Shown: one piece after another, positions 47,051-56,488 of the stretch
How the letters are laid out: each line of letters starts with the position of its first letter
Numbering within the stretch: position 1 is the stretch's first letter
Virus record (IMG/VR): IMGVR_UViG_3300020197_002285
From: an uncultured virus (IMG/VR IMGVR_UViG_3300020197_002285)
Lineage: Duplodnaviria; Heunggongvirae; Uroviricota; Caudoviricetes
Length of the DNA stretch: 64,000 nt
Reading direction: 5' to 3' (one strand)
The notes under the pieces: model-generated
The model's input: only the letters and a program-made list of their open reading frames with translations
Told to the model about the DNA's origin: nothing
Database searches by the model: none
Position numbers and translations under genes: made by a program

Positions 47051-49162
47051 TCACAGCATCTTCTCCAAGTCATTGAGCGAAATCCGTTTAATGCCCAATT
47101 GCTTAGCTTTTTCTTCCTTGGAACCAGCATCGGTGCCGACAACCACATAATTAGTGGTTTTGCTGACGCTGCCGTTGCACTTGCCGCCCTCTTCCATGAC
47201 GGCCTTTTCCCACTTGGCCTTGCCACCGGGGAACCCGCCAGTGAACACAAAGGACGTGCCGGTGAACTTGCCTTGCTTCGGACCTTCCGGCTTAACATAT
47301 TTCAACAATTTCTCTAAATATTTCTTGTATTTCTTGAAGTGTGCATGAATCGAAGCCGCCGTGACACCGCCAACATCACCCACTGATCCCAAATCGGAAA
47401 GCGAAGCATTCACAACAGCATCCAAGCTACCAAAATGTGAAAGCAAAGCCTGTGATGCGGTCTTTCCAGCATTAGGAATACCTTGAGCAGCAAGCAACTG
47501 CCACGCCGGAATTGTAACCAAATTGGCCTGAGCCTGCTTGACCAGCTTATGAAGATCGTCGTCATCTTTATGGGCCGGATCATCGACCATCCAAATACGA
47601 GCAAGAGCCAAAATCGCCTGTCGGTCGGACAGTCCCGAATCCCTCAAATCCTTCATAGTGAGGGCGTAAAAATCACAAGGATATTTGACGAGTTGCTTTT
47701 CGAACAGCTTTCCAACCGTACTGTCTGCAACGCCCTTGGCACCAACGGTAGTCAAGTAATAGCACAAATTGGAAACTGCTCGGTCGCCACAGAACTCATT
47801 TTCACAAACAAGGTCTTTGCCGTCAGTCCCTTGGCGAATTTCCAACTTGCTATTACACGACGGGCACTGATAAGGAGCCTTAAATTTCTGGCCACATTGA
47901 ACAATTTCAATAATCTTGGGAATAATCTTTCCCGACTTGATTACCCGAATACGGGCACCGAGGCCGATTTCTCCCAAACTGGCTGTGCTGCTACCGTCCA
48001 TAAATCCGAGGCTATGGCCGGTAACTTGTGATACCTGTGTGCCATCGAGCGGTACGGCATCGAAGGAAATAACCGGCGTCAACTTGCCACTACGACCGGG
48101 AGTAAATTCGTAATTTTTGACGGTCACAACCGCCGACTCTTCGGCAAATTTCCAAGCAAGTTTACCCTTGGGATTTCCAGTAATCGAATTACCGTGCGTA
48201 CCCATCTGCTCGGAATCTTCCAAGTTATTCACCGACAGAACAATTCCGTCAACTTCGTAATCAAGCGACGGCGACAGGTCTTCAAGAGCCTGCAAAAAGG
48301 ATTGGCGGAATGGCATCACACGAACGAACGGCACCCGAAGCACTTGGTTTGAATATTTCGCCCGTTCAACTTCGGTCTTATATGGAGCGTTGGCGTGCTG
48401 CGGGTCGGCAGAAGTCCAACCCCAAATGCTGTACGCCGTGAAAGAGATTTCCCGTTCCTTGGTAATTTTCGGATCGGAAAATTGGCGAATACTTCCCGCT
48501 GCGTAATTACGGGGATTGGCCGGTTCATTGCTCAAATGATATGTTTGCCAATTTGCGGCAATCTTGCGGAAAGTGGACTTTTTGCATTCAATTTCGCCAC
48601 GAATGCAGCAAGTCACCGGAAGGAAGCGAATACGCTTACCATCACGATCATGTTCCCACAATTCGGTGGGAATACCTTCGACGTAACGGACGTTGGCCGT
48701 AACATCTTCGCCATTTTCGCCGTCACGGGGTCGGAGACCAGCCGACTTCAACCTGCCCTTTTCGTAATACAAGGCGAGGGCAACGCCATCACGCTTATAT
48801 GCCTGAACAACTTCGGCGGCGGGGTCCGGGTAATTCAATTCTGCTTTGATTTTGACAAGCCAATCCTTGAGGGTGGCTTCACGCTCATCGAGCGTACCGA
48901 TGGCCTTCGAGATAGAAGTCATCGGGGGATAATGCTTCACCTTTTTGATGCCAGCATTATTCAGAGTGGAAGCGGTAACGTCCGCTAGGACCGGAGAATT
49001 GGGAGCAAGCTGTTGAAGACGCTTGCGAAGAAGATCGTATTCGGGGTCGGACACCAGCTTGTTTGTTATGGGGTGAATACAGTCGTCACCGGCCTCATAA
49101 CAGGTGTCAAGATGGGTAATGACTTGTTCGAGTTCTAGGACTTCTTGATCTACAGACGACAT
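47051..49162 (-). CDS. ligA: NAD-dependent DNA ligase
   Basis: SD.EYD, H..PM.S, KRDG, RGE, NPRN.AAGS.RQ, DGIV, AWKF, Zn finger, HhH, BRCT. Confidence 0.95.
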   Translation of the reverse strand: MSSVDQEVLELEQVITHLDTCYEAGDDCIHPITNKLVSDPEYDLLRKRLQQLAPNSPVLADVTASTLNNAGIKKVKHYPPMTSISKAIGTLDEREATLKDWLVKIKAELNYPDPAAEVVQAYKRDGVALALYYEKGRLKSAGLRPRDGENGEDVTANVRYVEGIPTELWEHDRDGKRIRFLPVTCCIRGEIECKKSTFRKIAANWQTYHLSNEPANPRNYAAGSIRQFSDPKITKEREISFTAYSIWGWTSADPQHANAPYKTEVERAKYSNQVLRVPFVRVMPFRQSFLQALEDLSPSLDYEVDGIVLSVNNLEDSEQMGTHGNSITGNPKGKLAWKFAEESAVVTVKNYEFTPGRSGKLTPVISFDAVPLDGTQVSQVTGHSLGFMDGSSTASLGEIGLGARIRVIKSGKIIPKIIEIVQCGQKFKAPYQCPSCNSKLEIRQGTDGKDLVCENEFCGDRAVSNLCYYLTTVGAKGVADSTVGKLFEKQLVKYPCDFYALTMKDLRDSGLSDRQAILALARIWMVDDPAHKDDDDLHKLVKQAQANLVTIPAWQLLAAQGIPNAGKTASQALLSHFGSLDAVVNASLSDLGSVGDVGGVTAASIHAHFKKYKKYLEKLLKYVKPEGPKQGKFTGTSFVFTGGFPGGKAKWEKAVMEEGGKCNGSVSKTTNYVVVGTDAGSKEEKAKQLGIKRISLNDLEKML

Positions 49163-49298
49163 TTTTTGATTCCCGTGGAAAAACTGGTTACACAGTTGAT
49201 ACGGTAACTGAGATTATATCGCAACCAGATTATACCACGGAAAAATATGGTTGTAAACCCTACTTGGCAGTAATTTACAAACTTAAATGCTCACCAAG

Positions 49299-50171
49299 TT
49301 AATTTCGCTCGGCACCTTTGCATTGAGAAAGCGGACGAAACGCCCGAATACGGGCCTGCCGTGCGTCCCTTTTAGCTTTCTTTTGCTTCATATGGGTCCG
49401 AAGGTCGTCCATCGACCACGGCGTACCAAAAGGCACACCCGGACGTACATTATCGACTCCAATATCCACGGTCAGGTCGCCGCCATATTGGTCGGCAACT
49501 GCCGCTAGAAGATCATCAAGAATCGACTGATCCTCAATGTTGTGGTTTTTCAACACTTGGGCAAAATCCGTCCCCAAGATATTTTTGGTGCTTGGGGAAA
49601 GCTGTCCGTTATCCTCGTACCAGAACAGATTGTGAACGTGGCCGTACAGCATCCACGAGTCGTATGGCTTACCATCCCACGAACGGCACGGATAATGAGA
49701 CATAAAAATATGCTCACCATCCACCTTGAACATATACTGATCGTAACAACCCTTGAACAGTTTTTTATTGTCATAAACTGTAGTTACGGTACGGTCAGGG
49801 AATGTTTGCACATCCTTTTCATCCAAAGCCCGCCGATCATCGTGGTTGCCCCAAATCAAATATACGTTCTCACAATTGATCCGATTGCGGAGTTCCTTCG
49901 CCCGACGATCCCGATTCTCACGAGTCGTAAAACAGAAATCGCCGCCGATTACGAGCGTGTCGCTTCTTTGAACGGTAGCGTTGACGCTATCCAGAATTGT
50001 GTCAGTCATGTTGTTGATCGACTGCTGACTGATGCGAAGTTCCCGCTGAGGAACTAGCCCCTTGTCAATCATATTCATCAAGCCTTGCTCGGTGTCGCTA
50101 AGAAAGGGCCGATGGCAATACTTGATGATGTTGCCGTGGTCCAAATGCATGTCGGCTATAAAATGCCACAT
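49299..50171 (-). CDS. Calcineurin-like metallophosphoesterase
   Basis: ADMHLDH, GGDF, GNHD, SHYP, YGHVH, DIGVD. Confidence 0.88.
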   Translation of the reverse strand: MWHFIADMHLDHGNIIKYCHRPFLSDTEQGLMNMIDKGLVPQRELRISQQSINNMTDTILDSVNATVQRSDTLVIGGDFCFTTRENRDRRAKELRNRINCENVYLIWGNHDDRRALDEKDVQTFPDRTVTTVYDNKKLFKGCYDQYMFKVDGEHIFMSHYPCRSWDGKPYDSWMLYGHVHNLFWYEDNGQLSPSTKNILGTDFAQVLKNHNIEDQSILDDLLAAVADQYGGDLTVDIGVDNVRPGVPFGTPWSMDDLRTHMKQKKAKRDARQARIRAFRPLSQCKGAERN

Positions 50172-50339
50172 TCCAACTCCTCCTGTGTTTTCTGATTTTA
50201 TCTGCAATCATTGTACCACAGGGAGAGGAGGTTGTAAACCAGCGATGTCAAAAGTAAAAAGATAACTGCGGATATTATTGATCCACCAAATATCTTAATC
50301 CAAACCGGAACATGATTTCTAGAGTCCGGCTAAATAATA

Positions 50340-51389
50340 TCAGACCAACCACCAAGGGTGATCCAAAGTCCATTTCACAATTTTTTCTAATCCCTCTTTG
50401 AAGCCAACTGGTGGTTGCCAACCGATTTCTCTTAACTTGCTACCATCTAAAGCATAACGTCGATCATATCCTCTGCGTGCAGATTCAGATGCCACCAACT
50501 TGTAATTCAACGGCTTGTTCATTATCTCGGCAATAAGTTGAGCCATCTCCAAATTATTCAACTCAACTTCTCCAACTATATTGTACCGATCAGGTCGGGA
50601 AGCACCATCTTTATACATGGCGAATGGCTTACTTAATATAAATTTAATTCCATCAGCATGATTTTCTACATGCGTATAATACCTCGATCCTATTTTGTAT
50701 TCACCATTTGGAAGAGGATCAGCATAGATTTCCATTTGTTGATTTGTTGCAATTTTCCAAATCAACTTCGGCAAAAACTTTTCCTTATCTTGCCCTGTGC
50801 CTATATTATTCATCACGTTTGTAATTATCACAGGCACGTCGAATGTACGCCAATATGAAATGGCAAGGGCTTCCTGTGCAGCCTTTGAAGCAGAATAAGG
50901 ATTTGAAGGCATAATTACATCCCATTCTGGATGCGCATATCCTTCTGGACAGTCTCCGTACACCTCATCAGTCGAGGTACTCAAGAACACCTTGGGTTTC
51001 ACTCGTCTAGCGAATTCTAAAATATTGTAAATCAACTCGCAATTATTTCGCCAACACCAGCCAGGATCAGAAACCGACCGTTCTACTGCCGAGTCAGATG
51101 CCAAGTTAATGACATAATCTAATTTGGATTCTACTAGATTTCCCCGCTCGTCAATACGACGATTCATAATTCGATTTTCGAGGGCAAGATCAATGGGGAC
51201 AGACAGATCGTGTTTGAGAATCAAAACTCTGTCATCGGGTAAGTTAGAAATATCGCTTAGTCTGGAAAATGTCCCTTTGTGTCGAAAGGAGTCGAGAGCG
51301 ATAATAAACCAATCTGTATTTTCAAGATAATATCTTACACAGTGGGCACCTATAAAGCCGCCCGCACCAGTCAATAAAACTCTTTTCAT
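50340..51389 (-). CDS. rmlB: dTDP-glucose 4,6-dehydratase-like
   Basis: TGAGGFIG, STDEVYG, PSNPYSASKA, Q..EKFLP, R.GYDRRY. Confidence 0.85.
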   Translation of the reverse strand: MKRVLLTGAGGFIGAHCVRYYLENTDWFIIALDSFRHKGTFSRLSDISNLPDDRVLILKHDLSVPIDLALENRIMNRRIDERGNLVESKLDYVINLASDSAVERSVSDPGWCWRNNCELIYNILEFARRVKPKVFLSTSTDEVYGDCPEGYAHPEWDVIMPSNPYSASKAAQEALAISYWRTFDVPVIITNVMNNIGTGQDKEKFLPKLIWKIATNQQMEIYADPLPNGEYKIGSRYYTHVENHADGIKFILSKPFAMYKDGASRPDRYNIVGEVELNNLEMAQLIAEIMNKPLNYKLVASESARRGYDRRYALDGSKLREIGWQPPVGFKEGLEKIVKWTLDHPWWLV

Positions 51390-51685
51390 AATTCTTTCAA
51401 AACTCTATTCAAATCATGCTTTAATTGTGTGCCGATCAATGTCTTGACCGACTTTCCCTTCTTGAAGACCATTAAAGTAGGAATCACAATAATAGAGTAT
51501 TTGCAAGCCAATTCTTGGTTCTCTTCGACGTTAACTTTATACACTGGAAACTCTGGATTTTTCTTATCAAATTCGTCTAATCCAAAACAATTAAAGCATG
51601 GGCCAGACCATGCGGCCCAAAAATAAACTAAACAAACAGAGTCTTTTTTGATTGAATCGAAGGTTTCTTCCGTCAAACTAATCAT
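51386..51685 (-). CDS. Thioredoxin-like protein with WSGPC active-site variant
   Basis: FWAAWSGPC, KVNVEEN, IPTLMVFK.G. Confidence 0.8.
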   Translation of the reverse strand: MISLTEETFDSIKKDSVCLVYFWAAWSGPCFNCFGLDEFDKKNPEFPVYKVNVEENQELACKYSIIVIPTLMVFKKGKSVKTLIGTQLKHDLNRVLKEL

Positions 51686-51688
51686 GAT

Positions 51689-52363
51689 TTATCCCCAGAG
51701 CGATTCAGACCCTACCAATAAAACTTCGTTGGATTCATCCGAGGGGCGGATCAACTTTCTTCTTACATCGTATATGGTGTTTTTTTCAAATTCGGCGTGC
51801 CATCCGTGTCGTATCAAAGTCGAAGTCGTTCCCATCGCTTGAACAGGAACGCTCTGACTCAGATTGCCAGAGAATTTGGTAAAACCAAAAAGAAAACGCA
51901 TGATGGCATTTTTTGTCTCTCTAACGTATTTGTTTTCGCTATATTCGGGAGAAAAAAGAGCATCATCAAAATTATCTCTGGTATTGTCGTAGTTTGAACC
52001 ACAACGTAAGAGCAATGTCAAAAGGGATTTTTTCAAAAGACAACTACGCCAAAAATCACTCGGCTCAACCCAAAGCACAGTTTCTCGACACGTCTCGCTA
52101 AAATGTGATAAAGACAAACTTTTAAGTTCTGCGCCGACAATTTCCTCAAACTTCAAAACAAATCCGGCGACATTAACGCCTTGCTCTGCTTTGTGAGAGA
52201 AATAGAAACCGGCGATACCTTCTTTGAACTTACCCAAAAATTGTTCTCGGCAATGGTCCCAATACAGCGATTTTTCGCCTTCCGCTTCTAATGCGAATTG
52301 TCCTTCTGCGGGAGCCGAATAACACTGACTAAAAGGCTTCTTATCGCCAAAGGTAACTTTCAT
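51689..52363 (-). CDS. Hypothetical protein
   Basis: ORF in operon-like run. Confidence 0.6.
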   Translation of the reverse strand: MKVTFGDKKPFSQCYSAPAEGQFALEAEGEKSLYWDHCREQFLGKFKEGIAGFYFSHKAEQGVNVAGFVLKFEEIVGAELKSLSLSHFSETCRETVLWVEPSDFWRSCLLKKSLLTLLLRCGSNYDNTRDNFDDALFSPEYSENKYVRETKNAIMRFLFGFTKFSGNLSQSVPVQAMGTTSTLIRHGWHAEFEKNTIYDVRRKLIRPSDESNEVLLVGSESLWG

Positions 52364-53132
52364 AATTTAAATCACCTATTAAGACAACCCTACATCCTGC
52401 ATCAATATCACCATCCAATTTTTTGAAAGAAATGTTGCTGCACGACAAAGATTTCTTCCTTTTAATATTTATAGTTGGAGGTTGAATACTTCTAGGAACA
52501 ACCTTTTTTTCTTTCCAGTTTAACATCAAATTTAGTTTATACTCGGTATTATCTTTACTTTTGAAAATAATGTTTCCAGAATCATACCGTCCACGAGGTA
52601 ATTCATGGAGATGCTTTATTGTATCTGCGTCTAACGTAAATAAAAAACTTTGGGAACTAAAAGTGTTATGAGAAGCCCGTTCGCAGAGTTTGATATAGTT
52701 GCCGTGAGATATGACGTAACTTTCGATATTTTTGTGAAAAAACATTACGTTAATATTCTGAAAGTGTTCAAACCTACAAGTGTGCCCATTCGGGTTAACA
52801 ACTGACAAAAGACTGTTATTCTCGGCGTATTCCGACTCTCTCAGAATGCAAAGCGATGCATCGAGCGGGCCAGATGCAATATACAATTCACCCAAAAACA
52901 AATCGAGATGGGCCAGAACTTCTGGAATGTGCGTGCGATAAGCCAAAGAAATGGCTTTGGAAGATTCTTCTCTTTTTTCCAAGACAAGAAAATCACTCAG
53001 CACATTTATTTCAGCTTCATCGTATTCTGGCAGAGATAGCGATATATTTAACTTCTGATTGCCAGAAAGTCTAACTAAATTGTTCTTGGTTATGGGATTA
53101 ACAATTTTGATTGCAGCGTATTCTCTAAGCAT
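52341..53132 (-). CDS. Hypothetical protein
   Basis: ORF in operon-like run. Confidence 0.55.
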   Translation of the reverse strand: MLREYAAIKIVNPITKNNLVRLSGNQKLNISLSLPEYDEAEINVLSDFLVLEKREESSKAISLAYRTHIPEVLAHLDLFLGELYIASGPLDASLCILRESEYAENNSLLSVVNPNGHTCRFEHFQNINVMFFHKNIESYVISHGNYIKLCERASHNTFSSQSFLFTLDADTIKHLHELPRGRYDSGNIIFKSKDNTEYKLNLMLNWKEKKVVPRSIQPPTINIKRKKSLSCSNISFKKLDGDIDAGCRVVLIGDLNYESYLWR

Positions 53133-53707
53133 TTTTCCTCAATCAATTTGGACAACCACCCTGAGTAGCAGCCGACCCAAATTAAAATTTCCTCTCTCCA
53201 AATTTTCAATATTGCTGGTGTATTAACAGACATATAATTACAGATTTCTTTGTAGTTCTGCATTCTAAAACTATGAGAGTTGTCTTCGTCTAAAGTATCA
53301 AAAAGAACAGCCTTTATTGATTGAGGTTGGTTTTTGAACCAAGAGTCAAAAATATAAACAAACATCTCCCATGCAGCAAACAGGCACCTTTCTGATGGCA
53401 CTGGTCGCTGGTCAGAAGTAGCTATCCAATCAAGAAGATAATCTTCGTACTGATCCCAATAAACGCTAACGGACGAAATTCGGCCAAATATGTGGCCTTG
53501 TTCGTAAAATCCGTCACGAATTGGGGAAAGATGTGTTATGACATAATTGCCCGGCCCACGGGGGTTTTCAACCCAAAATATTTTCAGAAAACTATAATGG
53601 TAAACCATTGCACCGTAAGTCTGCAAAAATACAGAACCGTTGGTGCAATGGTTTATTATAGGGATTTTCAGCCCGTGACGAGCAAGATATTCTTCATACA
53701 GCTTCAT
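53090..53707 (-). CDS. Hypothetical protein
   Basis: ORF in operon-like run. Confidence 0.55.
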   Translation of the reverse strand: MKLYEEYLARHGLKIPIINHCTNGSVFLQTYGAMVYHYSFLKIFWVENPRGPGNYVITHLSPIRDGFYEQGHIFGRISSVSVYWDQYEDYLLDWIATSDQRPVPSERCLFAAWEMFVYIFDSWFKNQPQSIKAVLFDTLDEDNSHSFRMQNYKEICNYMSVNTPAILKIWREEILIWVGCYSGWLSKLIEEKCLENTLQSKLLIP

Positions 53708-54312
53708 TAAGAACCTTTGGGAGTAATCTCCGAAGGCTTTTTCATCCCCGGCGAAGTTCGCATTGGTGCTTCCTCAAGTTTTGGCGGGGCAACCGCAGGT
53801 GGAGTCTTCTCCATCTTTTGGATCATTTCTTTAGTTCCCGTTACTCTTGGAGGCTGTTTCTTTTCGGAAGTATAACTGATAGGATTTTTGCCATTCCATC
53901 TCTCACCGAAATCATAGTCCAAACCATAAGTCACAAAACCGCCAGAATAAGATTGGTCAATCAGTGGGGCAATTCCATTGATGATAGGGATCGTCGTTCT
54001 TTTGCCGTCCGGCAAACAAGCAACAACATATTCTTTTGTTCGCACCGTGCCCCTATAATGAATATTTTGATATTCAGATTTTACCAGAACAGTACAAGGG
54101 GCAGGAGCGGTGTAAATCGAAGCATAAATCGGATCAGAATAGTACGGATCAGAATAGTACGGATCAGAATAGTACGGAGCAGAATAGTACGGAGCAGAAT
54201 AGTACGGAGCAGAATAGTACGGAGACACATAACACTGGCCATGAGCGAACGTGGCTACTGAAAAAAAGAAAATTGCGGCAATAATGACTTTTGTCGGGGA
54301 AAAAAGTTTCAT
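53707..54312 (-). CDS. Secreted protein with (PYYS[A/D])6 repeat
   Basis: Signal peptide ending AHG; 15-bp in-frame repeat at 54130-54224. Confidence 0.7.
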   Translation of the reverse strand: MKLFSPTKVIIAAIFFFSVATFAHGQCYVSPYYSAPYYSAPYYSAPYYSDPYYSDPYYSDPIYASIYTAPAPCTVLVKSEYQNIHYRGTVRTKEYVVACLPDGKRTTIPIINGIAPLIDQSYSGGFVTYGLDYDFGERWNGKNPISYTSEKKQPPRVTGTKEMIQKMEKTPPAVAPPKLEEAPMRTSPGMKKPSEITPKGS

Positions 54313-54539
54313 TTTTTCAATTCCTCAAAAAATTCTCGTGATTGATATATGTCGGTACAAATCGACCAACACCCACCGTTGGCGTCAGACCAAACCAATG
54401 GGAAACCTTCTGGAACGGTTTCCAGAATATCAAACAAGTGACCCAGACTTTTAGCTCGCTCTACCGAGCGATGAAAGATCATCGGGTGCAGGCTTGGATA
54501 CCGTTCTTTTAATTTCGTCACAACATTGGTGTCTAACAT
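54309..54539 (-). CDS. Hypothetical protein
   Basis: ORF. Confidence 0.55.
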   Translation of the reverse strand: MLDTNVVTKLKERYPSLHPMIFHRSVERAKSLGHLFDILETVPEGFPLVWSDANGGCWSICTDIYQSREFFEELKK

Positions 54540-54601
54540 TGTCCAACCAAGGTTAGAATAATATCAAATCAACGCTTGAATTTCAAGAGAAAGAAACTTA
54601 A

Positions 54602-54901
54602 TTATCTAAGTTTCTTTCCGCTAAAGAAACTTCTTGGGCCTTGGGATGAGTTCTTGAGATTCCACCATCTCCAAGCAGCACAAGCGATTACGCCGCCAAT
54701 GATACCCATTAAAAGGCCGGAAGGCTCAAATGAGGAGGCTCCCATGTCGAGCAACCAGTTGATGCCGCCCCCAATGTAGGAACCAGCAACGCCGATTCCA
54801 ATGGTTGGGAAAAGCCCCACAGGGTCTTCACCCGGATGAATAGCCTTAGCTATAAGGCCAACTATAAGGCCAAAAATTCCCCAAATCATTAAAGTAAGCA
54901 T
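54602..54901 (-). CDS. GlsB/YeaQ/YmgE (transglycosylase-associated) membrane protein
   Basis: GLIVGLIAKAIHPG...TI.IGVAGSYIGG. Confidence 0.85.
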   Translation of the reverse strand: MLTLMIWGIFGLIVGLIAKAIHPGEDPVGLFPTIGIGVAGSYIGGGINWLLDMGASSFEPSGLLMGIIGGVIACAAWRWWNLKNSSQGPRSFFSGKKLR

Positions 54902-54931
54902 ATTAGACTCCTTTTGTATGTCTTGCCCTAT

Positions 54932-55831
54932 TTATCGTTTTACAGGTCTAATTTCCAAATAAGTATCAGGCGTTTTGGAAGCAAAAACTTCACGATACAA
55001 ATCCTTCATATATCTCAAATATGATTGATCGAACTGCGAATAACTGTTAAAGCCATAAATTATGAGCAAAACATCCTTGGGGCTATTTCTGGCCGACATA
55101 CGCAAAAAGCCTTGCATTTTTGCTTCCCCGAATTCTTTACGCAAAAATAAGCATAAAGCCGCAGACTGACAGTCAAATATTCGTTTATTTTCAGCAGAGG
55201 AATTTTCATATTCATCCTCTGTCATAGAGAACATCTTTTCCGAAATAAAAATAGGCTGATCCTTCTGAATGTGTCCGCCCAAATAAACAATATCTGTGCG
55301 AATATCTGAAATTGTGCCATTCAATAAGGTCATACCATTCTTTGCAAAAAATGGCAAAGCTACATTGTATTTTTGTTCAAATTCAGCAAAACATATTTTG
55401 CTTAATTGCTTGGGAACCACACGGGCAGGCTTGTCATCCAATACAAGCCACATGGCCGTAACTTCAATTGTACCGTCCTTACGGCGAACTTCAACCTTAG
55501 ATTCATCAAGGTTGAATAGCTTCTTAAATAAAGCCTTATTGGGTACGCAAAAGACACGACATTCCTTGGTGAATTGAAAGTCGGGAAAACCCCATCTTTC
55601 GATACACCAAGTCTTGATGTTATCAAGATTCTCGCTCATCCATTTGCCCTGAGCATTGTCAATACTCATAATAACAAAATTCTTCGACGTATATCTGTTC
55701 CACACCAAATCTTTAAGTGCAGGATCAGTTGGGTTTTCTTGGGCAACTGCCTTTGACACAGCAAAATTGCTGATTGACACAACCAGTGCTACCAAAACAA
55801 GCCAAGAAATAAATCGACGTGCAAATTTCAT
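54932..55831 (-). CDS. Secreted hypothetical protein
   Basis: Signal peptide ending AVA. Confidence 0.6.
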   Translation of the reverse strand: MKFARRFISWLVLVALVVSISNFAVSKAVAQENPTDPALKDLVWNRYTSKNFVIMSIDNAQGKWMSENLDNIKTWCIERWGFPDFQFTKECRVFCVPNKALFKKLFNLDESKVEVRRKDGTIEVTAMWLVLDDKPARVVPKQLSKICFAEFEQKYNVALPFFAKNGMTLLNGTISDIRTDIVYLGGHIQKDQPIFISEKMFSMTEDEYENSSAENKRIFDCQSAALCLFLRKEFGEAKMQGFLRMSARNSPKDVLLIIYGFNSYSQFDQSYLRYMKDLYREVFASKTPDTYLEIRPVKR

Positions 55832-55846
55832 AAAATCTCCTTGCGT

Positions 55847-56389
55847 TTACGCAACTTCGGCCCACAATTCTGATTTTGCTTCCTCCCAATATTGACGAAG
55901 ATTGTTGCGGGAGGCAGACAATATTTGAGACACCCTAGATTCATGGACGCCCATGCCATCAGCTATGTCTTTAATTTTGACTTCTTCAACGTAATGAAGT
56001 CGCAAAATCTTCTTGTTAATAGAGGGAAGCGGATCAGTAATTTTCTCAAAAACATCGACCTTTTCTTCTACCTTATCATTATAAGTAAGTTCTTCCTGAG
56101 ACTCAAAAGATTCTGCTTTTACGGGGTTATTTCTCGAACCCCAAGAAAGCTCACGCATATAATCTTTGATAGCACCAAAAACACGATAAGAAGCGAATAT
56201 TTCAAAAGAAATGCCTAAATTACAATCAAATTTCAAAGCAGCTTCAGAAAGGCCCAAATAAGCAGCAGATTTCAACTCGTCATAATTTAAGAAAGAAGCC
56301 TTTTTTTTGGCGAAACGAGCGAGTTTGTGGGCAAGAGACAGATGAGAAACAACGAGATTCTGTTGTTCAATAGATAATTTACCAGTCAT
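55847..56389 (-). CDS. Sigma factor, FliA/WhiG-like regions 2 and 4
   Basis: DEL.SAA.LGL.EAA.KFD, F..FA.YR..GAI.D.MR, LHY.EE....IA..MGVHESRVSQI. Confidence 0.85.
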   Translation of the reverse strand: MTGKLSIEQQNLVVSHLSLAHKLARFAKKKASFLNYDELKSAAYLGLSEAALKFDCNLGISFEIFASYRVFGAIKDYMRELSWGSRNNPVKAESFESQEELTYNDKVEEKVDVFEKITDPLPSINKKILRLHYVEEVKIKDIADGMGVHESRVSQILSASRNNLRQYWEEAKSELWAEVA

Positions 56390-56488
56390 TTTATAGTCCT
56401 TCAGTCAAAAAGTTAAAGTTAAAAAGTTGAAGTTAAGCTATACAGTAAACTTAAAGTCAAAAGTATTATAGTTAATTTATCTATTCGT

